Assembly: GCA_050613775.1 (NCBI GenBank)
Contig: JBODTK010000135.1
Coordinates: forward strand, 434,001 to 476,452
DNA length: 42,452 nucleotides
DNA from: Neocallimastix sp. 'constans'
Lineage: Eukaryota
Direction: 5' to 3'
Shown piece by piece: positions 13,627 through 34,706 of this stretch. A program made the position numbers and the translations under genes. The notes under the pieces are model-generated. The model saw only the letters and a list, made by a program, of their open reading frames with translations, searched no databases and was not told the origin of the DNA. Numbering within the stretch: position 1 is the first letter of the stretch; each line of letters opens with the position of its first letter.

Positions 13627-16600
13627 TTAAGAATAAGATGATGATATAGAACGTGACGATATTGGTGTTAATGGTAATGTTTCAGTTGATTTATATTGTG
13701 GACTTTGAATAGTTGTTACTGATGGTAACCCAGTGTTATCCATAGTTAATGGTATAGTATAAAATTCATTTCCATTCTGTTTAAAAATGGTTGGGTGTGT
13801 TGTAGCAGATGATATTCCTCCGATAGCTTCATTTTGAGATGAATTATTAAGATTAAGTAATTCTAAAGGAGTAGGATCTGATGTTGAAACACCATTCAAA
13901 TTCCCAGACTGTATTAATTCATTATTATCACCAAGAGTAATTGAATAATTTTTTTCTTTTAAAATTTCTTTATCATCTTCTATTAAAGATATACTTGTAT
14001 TAGATGGTACAGAACTAACAATATATGGTGAATTAATATATTCATTTATTGAACTAGATTTAATTTTGTTTAAGGAATTAGTTAATTCATCTGATGATAA
14101 TTCACTTTTTGTTAAAATTAATGGTGAAACTTTTGTTGAAAAGGGTGGTGTAATATTTTCTTAATATATTATAATATATTTATATATAAATTTTATTAGA
14201 ATTTATTTTATAATATAAATATTTATTATAAATAAATTAATTATTATATATATCAACCACAACAATCATTTTTGACTCTTTTTTAATATAAAACATTTCA
14301 TACATACATACATATCTACATACATATTTTATTAATATTATAATATACTTTTAAATATATTTACCATATAAAATATTTGGATTTTCATTAAAATTATCCT
14401 TTGTACTCAAGGACGGAGTATATATGGAACTTAGAGTATCTTTATTATTAAGATATGGAGTTGACGATAACAATGTAACTTCATTATTAATTGTTTTTTC
14501 ATTATCAACCATAGAAAGATTAATATCTGAATTCGAGTTTAATTCATTTCCTATCAAATAAAAGTAAATATAAAATTATTAATAAAAACAATAATAATAA
14601 TAATATTATTATTAATATTGATATTAATAATAATTTTGTAATAATAATAACATTAAATTTTTTAAATAAATAAAATATTTTTATTTTTTTTAAAAAATTT
14701 ATTATATATTAAAAAAAAATTAATTAAATTAAATGTATAATTAATATATACCTTGATTAACTAGAGTACTATTACTACTACCTTCTTCAACCTTTAATGC
14801 TTTTCCGGTGAGTAATAGCGATTCCGAAACTTCTAATAAATTATTATTATCTTCACAAAATGCTTTAGAAATTATTGAAGAACTTGTGGTAGCATTTTTT
14901 AAACCGGCCCCATCATCACTTACAATTTGACTATTTTCTATATGATTATTTAAAGTAGAATTTTCATTTAATGATTCAAAGGCATTATTTGAAAAAGTTA
15001 AAATGTTTCTATCAACCATCGTATTATTAGTAGCTTCATCTTCAACAATTTTTACATAATTATTTTCTGCTAACATTAAATTATTATTATTACTTGTATC
15101 GTTATTAACTATCATACTATTATAGTTAATACTTGGATTTTGACTTATTTTATTATCTTTTAATGATGTTTTTTCTAATGAAGAAAGTGATTCACTACCC
15201 TGTGAAATAATAGTATTAGAACTTTGGTACATTGTATTACTATTATTAACAATATCATTATTATTAATATCATGTCCTTGAGAAGAAAGTATTGGTGTAG
15301 AATTAATTCTTGTAGATGCAACAATATTCTTTTCATTTGGACTTTGAACTACAGTTTTTGGATAAAGAACAGCTCTGTTTTGTAATACAGGACTAATTAA
15401 TGGGAAATTTCTTTCATTTGCATTTGTATTAATACTAGTTGTACTTAAATTAAGAGGAGATAAAGATGATGTAGACATGTAATTTATGGAATTCATAGTC
15501 AATGGACTATTATTACTCATTGGAAGATTTACAAAATTTTTTAATGTTGTTTGTTTAGGATATTGTTTTTGACTAAAATTATTAGATTTCGAAGTATTTA
15601 TTGTACTACTAGCTGTGTTTATTAAAGTAGGGTTTACTTTCATTTCTGTCGGACTAAGACTTGACATTAAATTTGTTTTAGCAATACCTGGATAAGATGA
15701 CGATTTAGTTTGATGATAATAATATTGTTGCTGAGATGATGGTGCCGGATAACTACCATAGCGTTGAGAACCATTATTAACATAAAGATACTGATGTCTA
15801 CGTGTTTGTAATAATCTATTAATTTTTTGACTTTCAAATTGTTGTTGCTGTTGCTTAATATATCCTTCTCTAATACATAATGCATTTTGAGATTGGGGAG
15901 AAGATTGATTAATAGATGAAAGCTGTTGTGTTAATAATTGAGTTGAGGGTTGTGACTTTACCTGATATAAATCACCTTTATATTTACAATTGTAGCCCTG
16001 AGGATAGGATTGAGGGCTAACAATATTTCTAGTCAGATAGGTTGCACTTGTTGAAAGTGGTGTCGATTGAGATTTAATTTGAGGTTGTTGAATTTTTGAT
16101 TTTTTTGTATAAATTTTATTTAATACATTATCATTTACGATATTATTAGTTATATTTGTATTTTTATTATTTTTATATATTGAACCAACACATGATAATG
16201 AATTTTGTTTATTATTAATATTAACATTATAAATACTAGTATTAAAAAGAGTTACACCTTTGTTAAACAAAACAGGAGATACCATAATATTACTATTATT
16301 AATTGAATTTTGAATTGCATTCATTTGAAGAGAATTATTTAAATTAGTTTTATTTATGCTTTCATTAGAAGCAATTGCTTGATTAGATATATTTGTTGTT
16401 GTATTAATGATATTTTCAGTCATATTATTTTCAAAAGATAATTTTATTTTTTTATGTTTAATTTCTTTTTTATTTAGAATTAATTCTTGATCATCCTCTT
16501 TCCTTTTACAAATTGAATTATCAACAAATGCTGAAAAATTCTTCAACTCTTGTTCAGGTAATCTATTAGACATTTTTGAATCGATAGTTGACGAACTTAA

Positions 16601-16964
16601 AGCTTCATCTTCATTTTTTATTATATTTATTCTTTCAGTTGAATTTGTTAAAGTTTTTATTTCTGGATTAATAATATTATTACTTTCTTTACTTTCTTTT
16701 GTTTGTTTTTCATTATTTGTTTTTAATACAGTTTTATTTGATAAGGATTCTATTTCAAATATTAAAAAAAAAAAAAAAAAAAAAAAATATCATAAAAATA
16801 TTTATATATTAAATTTTAAATATATAAAATTATAAAAATTTTTTTCTAATTTATTTCAATAAAAATTATAAATCAAATTATATTAAGCACATAAAGTATT
16901 AAATTTAGATATAATTTATTTTAATAATAAATAATATATTAAAATTAAAAAATACTCGGTTATT

Positions 16965-17013
<49 letters not shown>

Positions 17014-17761
17014 AAATACTAATTATTTTTATTATATATAATATATAATTTTGAATAATTTTTTCTTACCTTTTTTTAATTTCTTTGATTTCTTTGTAGT
17101 TTTTTTAACATTATCACCCTTTCTTTTTTTACCATTACCTTTATTTTTATTGTTATTTGTAATATTTATTGATTTATTAGTATAGTTTTCAAATATTATT
17201 TGATTATCTGATGATGAAGTTGAGGGTTTTGTATTTATATCACATTTATGAATATTATTCTTATTTGTATCTAATTTAAAAGAATATGTTGGATCTTTAA
17301 TAAAATAATTTTTTTTTTTTTTTGCATTTTATAGTTAATAGTTTATAATTTATATATATATAATATATTAATTAATTATTAAATAATCAATAATTTTTAA
17401 TTTTATATTAAAAATAAAATATGATTTTTTACTTGAAGGGCAATAATCTGGAAGATCTTTTAGAGAAGGAGCTAATACATTTGTATATTTTAATTTATGT
17501 TGAAGTTTGGCCATTCGAACGCCAATAGCCTTTACTGACATGAAGCTATTAGATCCCTCAAAAGAATCAGATATATCGGACTTTAAAATGTTGGCAAATG
17601 ATTCCTATACATTACAAACATATATATATTAATGTTATTATCATTACTACCTTCTTAATTTTTATAATGATAAAATTAGTACATACATTATTTTGTTTTT
17701 TATCCTTTGAATGTGAATTTTTTTCATTCTTTTCAAGGGGTTTTTCTTTAATATTCTGCAT
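13627..17761 (-). CDS. Uncharacterised ~1062-aa N/S/Q/T-rich, probably disordered nuclear protein, 6 exons
   Basis: Exons 17687-17761, 17433-17604, 17070-17294, 14752-16749, 14365-14550, 13627-14159 join in frame with GT-AG introns (3189 nt) and absorb ORF-track pieces 14741-16573, 14351-14557 and 13627-13899. Basic NLS-like KKRKGDNVKKTTKKSKKLKK and many SP/TP sites. No domain recognised. Confidence 0.85.
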
Positions 17762-19527
17762 TTTCGATTACTTTAATAATGGTATATTATTTTTAAAATT
17801 TGATTATTTACTAGAATTTATTACAATATATATATATATAAATTAAATTAAATAATTATATTAATATCTATTTAAAAATTGTTAAATTGTTTTTAAAATT
17901 TAAATTTATTTTCTTATTTATTTTACTATTTTAAATTATTAATACAAATTTTATTTATTTCATTTTATTAATTGTTAGCTCATATAAATTATTTTTTTTT
18001 GCTATTACTTTGTATAAATTTCGATAATATCTATATATTATTCTTTTAATATTATAATATAAATAAATAATTAATATTAAATGACTTTATACATTAACTA
18101 TGAGTATTTTCTTTAATTTTATCACTTCCAGTTATTCTTATTATTATAGTATGTGGACTACTTCTTTTCTATTTACCGTTTTTTTTTTTTTTTTTTTTTT
18201 TTATTTTTTGTTTTTATTTATTTATCTTATTTATCTTTTTTGTTTGGTTTTGTTTTTGTTTATGTATATATATATATATATATAATAATATAACAATAAT
18301 ATGTGCAAATTAAAATAATTATAAAAACCTTTTAATTTAAATAAAAATACTTATTACATGGAAATATATATAAAAAACTTGTAATTTTTATTTAAATTTT
18401 ATAAAGATAATTGTTTATAAAAGTTTTAAAACTAATATCAAATAAATAGAAAAAGAATAAATTTTCTTAATTTCCTTTCGATTTTTTTTTTTTTTATACT
18501 TTGTATTTTTTCTTTTTATTAACCTTGTTTATATATATATATATTTATTATGATGTTATTTATTATTTGTCATTTCTATTTCTCATTGTTGCTTGTTTTT
18601 TCTTTTTTTTTTTTTTGAACTACTATTGTTAATATTCGTTATATACGTGTAACCGTTACTTTGTTTAAATTTTATTATTTATTAATATTATAGTTTCAAT
18701 TTTATTTATTTATTTTATAATTTTATTTTTCTATTTGAATATGTATAGTTCCTTTACCGGTGTATATATAGCAAATACAGAATTTACTTCATTTTACTAT
18801 TATTTTTTTAATAAAATTTTTTTGAAATAAAATTTTACTAATATTATAAATATTAATTGATTTATTTTAATATATAACTTTTTTATTTTTTTATTAAGAT
18901 TTTTAAAAATAATAATAAAATCACTTTCTCAATATACAATACAAAATGAAGAAGTAGAAAAAATTAAAATAATATAAAAAATCCTTAAATTTAAATAATA
19001 AAAATTAATAATATATATACTATTTTTTTTTAAAAAAATTTTAAAAAAAAAAATTTAAAAAAAAAAAGTCAATAATATATAGTTTAATAATATAATAATA
19101 AATATAATTACATTACATTGTAGATATTATATATATATAACCTATATATAATGATATATATGAAGCTTAATTTTAATAATTTAAAATTAATAACCTAATG
19201 AATTTATTAAATAAATTAAATAATATATTACAGTATATATTATTTAATTATAATTTAATTTATGATAATGAATATTACTCTATATGTTTAATTAAAACAA
19301 CATAAAGCTTACAAAACATAGGTATATATTAATTATAAATAAAAATAATTTAATGATGTGTAGTAGTAAAGAAAAAAAAAATTAAATAAAAAATTATTAA
19401 AAATGAACTTTTTTTCTTTCTATGAAAATTATTAAAACTATTTTTATTTCCATTATTATATAATATACAATTTCACTTTTAATTAGTTGGATTTCTTTTT
19501 TATTAACATTACTCTTTAGAATATGTC

Positions 19528-19571
<44 letters not shown>

Positions 19572-22053
19572 GTTCTAATACAAAATATATAAATGTACAA
19601 ATTAAATAGTATTCAATTTTTTAAAATCCCTTTTAAACTTTTAAAGTTATAATTGATTTTAATTTAATTTGAAATAGTTATATTTATTGCAATTTTTAAT
19701 ATATCATAGGAAATTTTATATTTATATAAGATTTATAAATATAATGCAATATATAGTATTAATTAATTAGCATTAGAAAGCTTTTTTTTTTTTTTTTTTT
19801 TATTATATATATTATTATTTTTAAATTTTTAATATTATATATAGATATATTATATATATCATATATTGAATTATATATGCTTTTATATATTATATATAAC
19901 ATAAAAATTCAAAATATAAAGTGATATTCAAATATAATTTATTTATTTAAATTAATAATTGATTATAAAAATATGTAAAATCCGATTAAGATATTTTTTT
20001 TACCAACACATAAATAAATATCCTAATCATGAACCTTTGAAAATTGTAATAATAGAAATAAAAGAAAATTATAAATTAATAATAAATAAATAAAAAATGA
20101 CAATTATTTAAAGCATATCAACTTCAAATTTAATTTATTTATTCTTTCATTTACTTATCTATTTATTTATTGATAAATTTAATATTTATTCAATAAATAT
20201 TTATTTAATTCATAATTATTCAATATAATTATTTATTAAAAAAAAATTTTATTAAAATTTTATTTTTTTTTTATCATTTTACACATGGATAATTTTACTT
20301 TATATATATTTACTTATTTATTTATTTATTTATTTATTTATTGAACAAAATTTATAATAAAAAAGCCTTTTTAATATTTTTAGTTAATTTTTTTTATTCT
20401 ATATATTATTATATTATTATATATTTATATATTTATTTAATTTGATATTTTATTATTAATCATATATATTATATTCAAGGTATATATCATTAAATAATTA
20501 AATAATCTCCTATAAGAAGTGTATTTATCATATATATAACTTTGGAAATTTTCGTTTCTGTAAGAAAAAAATATATTCAATTTAAAATATACTATATTAT
20601 GTATATTATATACTAAAATTAATAAATACGTTGTACTAATTATAATTTTTTTGATATATATATATATATATTATATTTATCGTATAGTATTATAATATAA
20701 TTAAATTTATCATTTAAATTAAAACTATATATCAATATTTTCTATTAATACTATCATTAATTAAATACCTTTATTAATAAGTTCTATTAATTATTTAAAT
20801 AGTTAAAATAATCATTAAATGTATATATAACTATATAAAACTTATCAGTCAATAATAATTCATAATAATAAAAATAATAATTCAATACTTAATATGCTAA
20901 CATTAAAATAATTATTTAGTCTCTTTAAAACATGAATTCATCTAAATTTCTTTATAATTTTTAAAAAAGAAAAAATAATATTTCAAATATTAATTAAGTT
21001 TAAATATTTCATTAATATATAGAAAGTATATATTATAATAGTTAGTCTCATAAATTATTTCATTTGTACAAAAAAGGTATTTTTAATTTAAAACCCAAGG
21101 TTGAACAAAAAAAAAAAATATATATTAAAAAAATATTAAAGTTTTATTATTTATTATATAATACATAATAATTTATTAAGGACATTTAAATATAATATAA
21201 TGAATTTATATATTAAATAATTTGGATTAAAAAATTAATATATCTAAAAATTAACAGCAATATAGTATATAAAATTTAACCAATAAAATTAGTTTTAAAA
21301 TTTTAAATTTTATTTTTTTTTTTTTTTATTTTTTTGTTCAATTATAACAAATAAAATTTATTATGTAAAATTAAAAATATTGAAATAAATTTTAGTTAAC
21401 ATTAATATATTATTATATTTTGAAAGTAATATTGCACATTTAAAAAAGAATATATTATTTACTATTTGGACATATATTATAATATTAATATATTAAATTT
21501 CAATTGTTAATAAGGAGGTATTAAATCTCGTAATGTGGCGTTTCCAAATATTAATTTAAGCCATAATTTTTAATACAATATAAATAAATAGATAAATTAA
21601 TAAAGAATAGATAATAATTCAGAATATATAAATGGTTAAAGAAAAAAATAAAAAAAAAAAAAGATAAAAAAAATAAAATAAAACATAATTATAAGCACTT
21701 TATATTACATTAACAAAAACTGAATAGTTAATATTGTTTTATTCATAAAAAAAAATTAAATGAATAATAATAATTAAATAAATAATAATTAGTTATATAA
21801 TAAAATAATAATTAAATAATTAAATAATTATTTTATTTTTTGAACATTAAAAATAAAAATCTTTTCATAAATACTTTATATATATAATATATCAGTTATA
21901 TTAAAAAAATAAAAAATAAAAAAAAAAAAATTCATAATTAAAATTTGAAAAAAAAAATTGAATATCAATTTAAATTATATATAATTAAAATATATATACT
22001 ATAATTGATCATTTATACAATAATTAAAAAAAATAATAACCAGATGAAAATCA

Positions 22054-22142
22054 TTAAAATTCTTAATAATTTGAATAATTATGAAATTTAATAAAATAAT
22101 TTTGCTAAATTGCATAATTATTCAAATTATGAAGAATTTTAA
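22054..22142. repeat. Long inverted repeat/hairpin: 37-bp arms, 2 mismatches, 15-nt spacer
   Basis: 22054-22090 (TTAAAATTCTTAATAATTTGAATAATTATGAAATTTA) is the reverse complement of 22106-22142 except at 2 positions. Confidence 0.9.
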
Positions 22143-25047
22143 AGATATCTTTATAACTAAATATTAGTAATTAATTATTTTATGACTATAATTACTATTA
22201 CATTTTTATAAATATCTTTACAGTAATTAAGTAGTTTATATTTTTATTAATATTATTTAATTATTATTTATTTATTTACTTTTTATTATATCAAAACTCC
22301 ACTTATTGTAACGCGCCACATTTAAAAATGTGAAATTGCAAAATGCATCATATTGTTTAATAATAAATATTATAATAAATTTCTTTTATATCTTTTAATT
22401 AGAAAAATATTTACAATTAATTTATTCTTTATTTTCTAAAGTTCCTAATTTTTTTACTAAAAATTTAATCTTAGGTTTAAAGAAATTAAAAAATTAGATA
22501 ATTAGTATTATGATAGTTTATCTTGAATAAAATGAAATAAAATATGATTATAATAACTTGTTTTTCATATTTAATAAAGTAATTTTTACTACAAAATTAA
22601 ATAACAAATATTATCCTTTATTTTTATTAAGTACAATAATTTAGATAATATAAAATGATATATTATATAAATTCATTAATAATACATTATGCTATCATAT
22701 TATTATAAACATAATTATGATATAATAAATAAACTATAACTGAATAAGCCTAATTGAATTATATCATTCTTATAAGCCATAAATTAGATTTTATTATTTA
22801 TATTTTATTAATAGTATGACTATAAAATTCATTTACATATATTTTTTTTCTTGTTGATTATATTTATTATATTATATATAATTCATAAATAAATATTAGT
22901 ATTTTATTATTATATTATTAAAATAATTAAAAAATATTTGAAAATTTAATATATTATCAATTAAATATATCAATTAATTTTAAAATTAAAAAAAAATAAA
23001 AATAAAAATAAAAAAAAAAAAAAAGATCAAATAAAATTAAATAATACTTATTAATAATTTTTTCTTTCACAAAAAAAATATTAATGAAATATTTACTGAA
23101 TTCTAATTAAATGTAAATATAAATAAATTTATTTATAAAGAAAATAAAGCATATTATTTTTTCTTTAAATAAAATATTTATTTCAATGCACGAAATAATT
23201 TTTTTTTTTTAAATATTTTTATTGATTTTTAAAAATTTTTATTATTATAAATTGAACCTTCATTTATTAAATTTTTATTTTAATTATTTCATAAATCATA
23301 ATCAGATCTTTTAAGTACATTAAACGTTAGTTTAAGGCTTTTAATACATTAAATAAAAAAAATTAAGGGAATAAGAAACAAAAAGAAATGAAATATTTAT
23401 ATATATATAAAATATATCAATCTATAATTATAAAAAAATTTTTTTTTTCATTAATAAACTCCGATATTTAAAATATAATAAATAATGTTTTAATATAATT
23501 AATAATTAATTAGTAATTATCATATATATATTAACAAAAAAATGAATTATCCATAATTGGTATAATTTAGATAATATTTGATCAATAGGTTGAATAATTA
23601 ATATATTATAATTATAATTTATAATATTTGATGAAATAAATATAATAAGCATTGCTGAAATAAATATTATATGAATATTTTATAATTAAAGATTTAATTT
23701 CTTGTTATATTAAATTCCAATTAAATATTACTAAATATTGTGCCATATTATCATATTATAAAGAAAATAGAATTTTATAAAATTAAAAAAAAAAAAAAAA
23801 AGTAGCAACAAGATCTTATCTTATATATGATAAAAAATGATAATCAAATAGTTATTTTTTTTTTTTCTTATTCAAAAAAGTTTTATTATTAATATTAAAC
23901 TTTTTTTTATTAATTTCCTTAAGAAAATTTTAATTAATTCATAATATTTTAGGTTTTGAGAATAACATTGATAATAAATACAATTAAATATGAAAAAAAA
24001 TATATATTTTAAACTTAATGTGACCTTTTTATATTTATAAATCTTTAAATATTTATATATGATTAAAACTATTAATAAATATTTAAACACTTAATATATA
24101 ACTATTAATTAAAATTTAAAACATATTATTTCTTGATTAATGAACTACTAATTCTACCATATTTTTTTTATATGTTGATTGTTGTTTATCGATTTACTGA
24201 AATTTTTTTATTACTAAATTTATTGATTCAATAATTTATCAACTCATTTGATTTATTAATAAATGATATATCTCTTTTATTTTTCTTTTCATAAAGAATT
24301 ACTCTTTTCTTTTTCTTTTATTATAATAAATAAATATAAAGTAGTACCCAATTATTAAAAATTAATTAAAAAGAAAAAAAAAGAAAGAAAGAAAGAAAGA
24401 AAGAAAATGAAAAAAAAAAATTAAATCATTAATACAATAGAGGGGTTACATTTATTTAATATAAATCTTATTTAGATGTATAAATTTAAAAAAAAAAAAA
24501 AAAAGAAAAAAAAAAAAAAAAAAAAAAACATTATATTCATTATTGATTTATTTATAACTTTTATACTTTTAATAATTTCATTAATCCATAGTACACTTTT
24601 AACAATATTAAATCCCATAATGAAATATATTTAATATTTTTATTTTATTCTAATATTAAATGAGCTTTATTAAATAAATATTTAATTCTTTTTTTTTATC
24701 TTAAAAATAAATATTAAATGAAAAATAAATTAAATTTTTTTTTTTAAAAAAAAAAAAATTAAAATAATTGAATACTTAAAATAACAATTTATATTAAAAT
24801 TATATTTAATAATTTTTGGGTGATTATTATTATAAATTTTTTATTAATTCTTTTACTTTTAATATTATTAAAGATCTTAATATTATGAACTTCCCATTTT
24901 AAGAAATTTCAATTTTAGTATAAAACTTATTTGGAAATAGATTAATATAAATAACTATGATTAATAAATATCATTTGAGCCACTTATAATAAAAAAAAAT
25001 AATAAAAAGAAGCATAAACTTATAATAAATAAATAAATAAATAAATA

Positions 25048-25078
<31 letters not shown>

Positions 25079-25239
25079 TTTATTTATTTATTTATTTATT
25101 ATAACTTATTTTAAAATAGAAATACTAATATAATTAATTTATCAAATATTATTAATGAATTTTTAAATTATCTATTGTGTTCCTATAAATAATATATTAA
25201 AATAATAAAAATAAAACAAATATCAAAAGTTTATGATAA

Positions 25240-25609
25240 TGTTAGGGTTAACGATCCATCATCTTTTAACCTTAAATGAAAATTCTAAACTTACCTCATA
25301 AGTATGGACCTTCCACAATTTTAGGAAAATTAGCCAATAGGTATAAAATATATATTTTAAAATCACCATTTCCAAAATACTATTTAACTTTTCATACCTC
25401 AAACTCGAACTATATATTCCTATCGAATTTTATTTAACTTTAATAATAATAAAATCCATTTTTTTCACTAAATTCTAATTTTTAAATTCTAATTAAATAT
25501 TCCGTCACTAAGATATATGCATTTTATTCAATTATTATTATTGTTATTATTATTATTATTATAATAATTCTTTGTTAAGTTGTATTTTATTCAGTATTGG
25601 TTTATAACA
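25240..25609 (+). mobile_element. Candidate solo LTR (~370 bp)
   Basis: Starts TGTTA(GGG) and ends TAACA (TG...CA with 5-bp inverted termini). Locally higher GC. Internal CCAAT (~25334) directly followed by TATAAAA (~25342), and AATAAA near 25448. No clear target-site duplication. Confidence 0.5.
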
Positions 25610-28095
25610 TTTCTATAATTTGATATTTTAATTCATTAAAAATTTTTTAAATTTAAAAAATTTTTTCATCAGAAATGTAATAATTAAAGTTTAAAATTCA
25701 ATTATCTGAAATGTCATTTTTTTCAGTCAAAAATTCAATATTCTTTAAAAATAAAAATAAATAGATTCAATATCCTTCATGTTGATTTTATTATTAAAAA
25801 AATTTTTTTTTTTATGAATTCTGTATTTTTCAAACTTTTTTTTTTTTTTTTTTTTTTGACTCTTGTTTCACCCATCAAATGGTTTTAATTTAAAAAATAT
25901 TTTATATTAAAAAATTAATAAAAAAAATTTTTTTTTCCACATATATTACTACCAACTCTAAAATATATTATTTCACGTATTATTATTTATTTATAATAAC
26001 TTTAATTTATATTAATTTTTAACATTATTAAACCGATTCATCAGAATTATTAATAATTTTTAGTTATTAAAGTTATTTATTTTTAAGTATTAGTAATCAT
26101 ATAAGAATTAATTATTTGGTTTCACAAATTCAATATATGGTATATAAAAGATTAAATGGTTATCAGTATAAAATCTAACCTTTTATTAATATATATTCAA
26201 CATACGTTTTTAAAAAATTCTCCAAATATATATGTTTTTTTTTTTTGAAAATAAGCTCATTAGGAAGCTGCGATTAAGATCTATAGCATAATCAATTCAT
26301 TTTATATGTTTAATTTTAATAATTCGTAACTAATCATATTGAAACATATTTCTTTTACTATTATTTATTATTAACATAATTTTTTTTGTAAACAAGTTCT
26401 ACAATAGATATATTATATATAATTTTATATATTAAATTAATAATAGTTTCCTATTCATCTATCATTTTCATATTATTTATTATTAATAGTAATATTTATA
26501 CTTTCTAATTCTTCATTATCAAATTCATGTTCAGTGTTATCCATATTAATCATACATTATATAACGATAATAATAATTGATAAATAATAATCAATAATCT
26601 CACTAATTATAATTAAAAATTTTAATATATTATTGTTTTATATATTTATTAGTAAGCATTAATAAGAAAATATATAAGTTGGAATTTAAAAATACTTTTA
26701 GAAACTAACCTTGCCTGGAAAGGAATTTCAAATATTTAATTATATACTATAAATTAAGGTAATAATAAAAAAAAAGTGTTTATTAAAGAATATAATTAGA
26801 AATGGAAAAAATAATAATCAAATTAAATAAGAAATGGTTAATAATTAATACATATAATGATTTATTATTTATAATATGTGTGTTAATAAAGGTAATAATA
26901 TTCAAAGAATAAATATTAAAAACTTTAATGTAATTTATAAAAATAAAATATAATAAATAATATAATAAAAGAAAAATATAAAAGAAAATAAATAATATAT
27001 AAAGTTATTTGCGAGTATTATATTAAATTCTTAATATAACGACATTGATAGTAAAATATTAATAACCAAATAATACTAATTACCCTAATAATAATAATAA
27101 TAAAATTGATAATAATAATAAAATTGATAATAAAATTGATAATAATAATGATAATAATAAATGTAATAATTATTATTATTAAATAGAATAATTTCTATTA
27201 AAATTGATTTTTTATCTAAATTATACTTTTAATGTTAATTATTTATTTCATTTTACTACCACATAAAATAATAATAATTAACTATACTATTATATATTAT
27301 TAAAAATATTTTACATTAAAAGTCAAATTTAGATAAAAAAAGTGTTATTATATATTATTAATTAAAAAATTATATAATATATAATTTTTAATTATAACTT
27401 TAACTTCTTATTAATTTTTGTGTAACATTTAAAACTTTCTCCAAAATTAAATAAAATAGAAAAGTATTAATATTAATGAAACTTTATAACTTTATTATTA
27501 ATATTTTATTCATAATAATTTTATTTAATAATGAAAATATTAAATAATAATAATCAACACCTACTACTAATAATAATATAAAAAATAGAAATTGTTAATA
27601 ATAAATTTAAAATAATAAATTAAAACCACTTTAAACTTTAAAAAGTTTTATTTATTTTATACATTGAAAATAACAAAAATGAATTTTTTTTTTTTTAAAA
27701 TTATACTTTTTATTCTATTTAATTTATTGATAAATTATTGATTTATTTTTACTATTATTATAATTATAATAACGTTATTCATCTTATATCTATTTTATTT
27801 TATTCAATATGTACCTTATATTTATATTTCTACTAATTATTATATTATATTATATTATATTTTATTTTTATTTTAGTTTATTATATTTTATTTTATCTTT
27901 ATTGATATTTTATTTTTATTTTATTTTATCTTTTTTTATCTTTATCTTTATCTTTATTTTATTTTATTTTATTTTATTTTATTCTATTATATTTTATTAT
28001 ATTTTTTTTTATTAATATTTGTTTTATTTATTATTTCTCATTAAATTTATTTATATTTTTCTGTTATATTTCAACTTTTGTTTATATTGCTTTAT

Positions 28096-28146
<51 letters not shown>

Positions 28147-28431
28147 AAATGAATATTTTATTATAATTATTCTCTCTTTTTAATATAATATATAAATTTA
28201 GTGATGAATATAAAAATAAAATAAATGAAAGTAATCAAAACAAAAAAAATAAAAGTAAAGAAATAAAGAAATAAAAATAAAGATTTTATTTTTTATCAAT
28301 TAATTGTTATTTTAATAAATAATTTTTTCTAAAATAAATATTAAGTAAAATATATGTGTACATATAATATATACACTAATAATAAAATAAATTAACATTT
28401 TTTAAAAATTAATAAATTTGTATTTATTTAT

Positions 28432-34410
<5,979 letters not shown>

Positions 34411-34706
34411 TTTTGGTATAAATTCTTACTTAATTGGTATTTTAGTATTAATATAAATTTTATTCTTTATTTTTAAAAAAAAAATAAAATAAAAAAAAAT
34501 ATATAATAATAAATAATATATTTATATACAACATCATATAAAATTATTTTGATAATGAATATCAATTAGAAATTAATAAATTAGTATATTATTAATATTA
34601 AAGAATTAACAAAGCACTGATACAAAAATTATTTATATTATCAGACTTATAAATTTTTATTAATTTAATACAATTAAATTTATATTAACCTCTATCTAAA
34701 TAAATT

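Noticed and set aside
17433..17604. Whi5/Nrm1 GTB-like motif in exon 2 of the orphan gene
   Set aside because: RMAKLQHKLKY does not match the L..RL..A..K consensus well enough to call.
21532..22322. AATGTGGCG (21532) / CGCCACATT (~22314) as MITE terminal inverted repeats
   Set aside because: Only a 9-bp match that does not extend convincingly, and no TSD.
25242..25250. Telomeric TTAGGG
   Set aside because: Single copy, better explained as the start of the candidate LTR.
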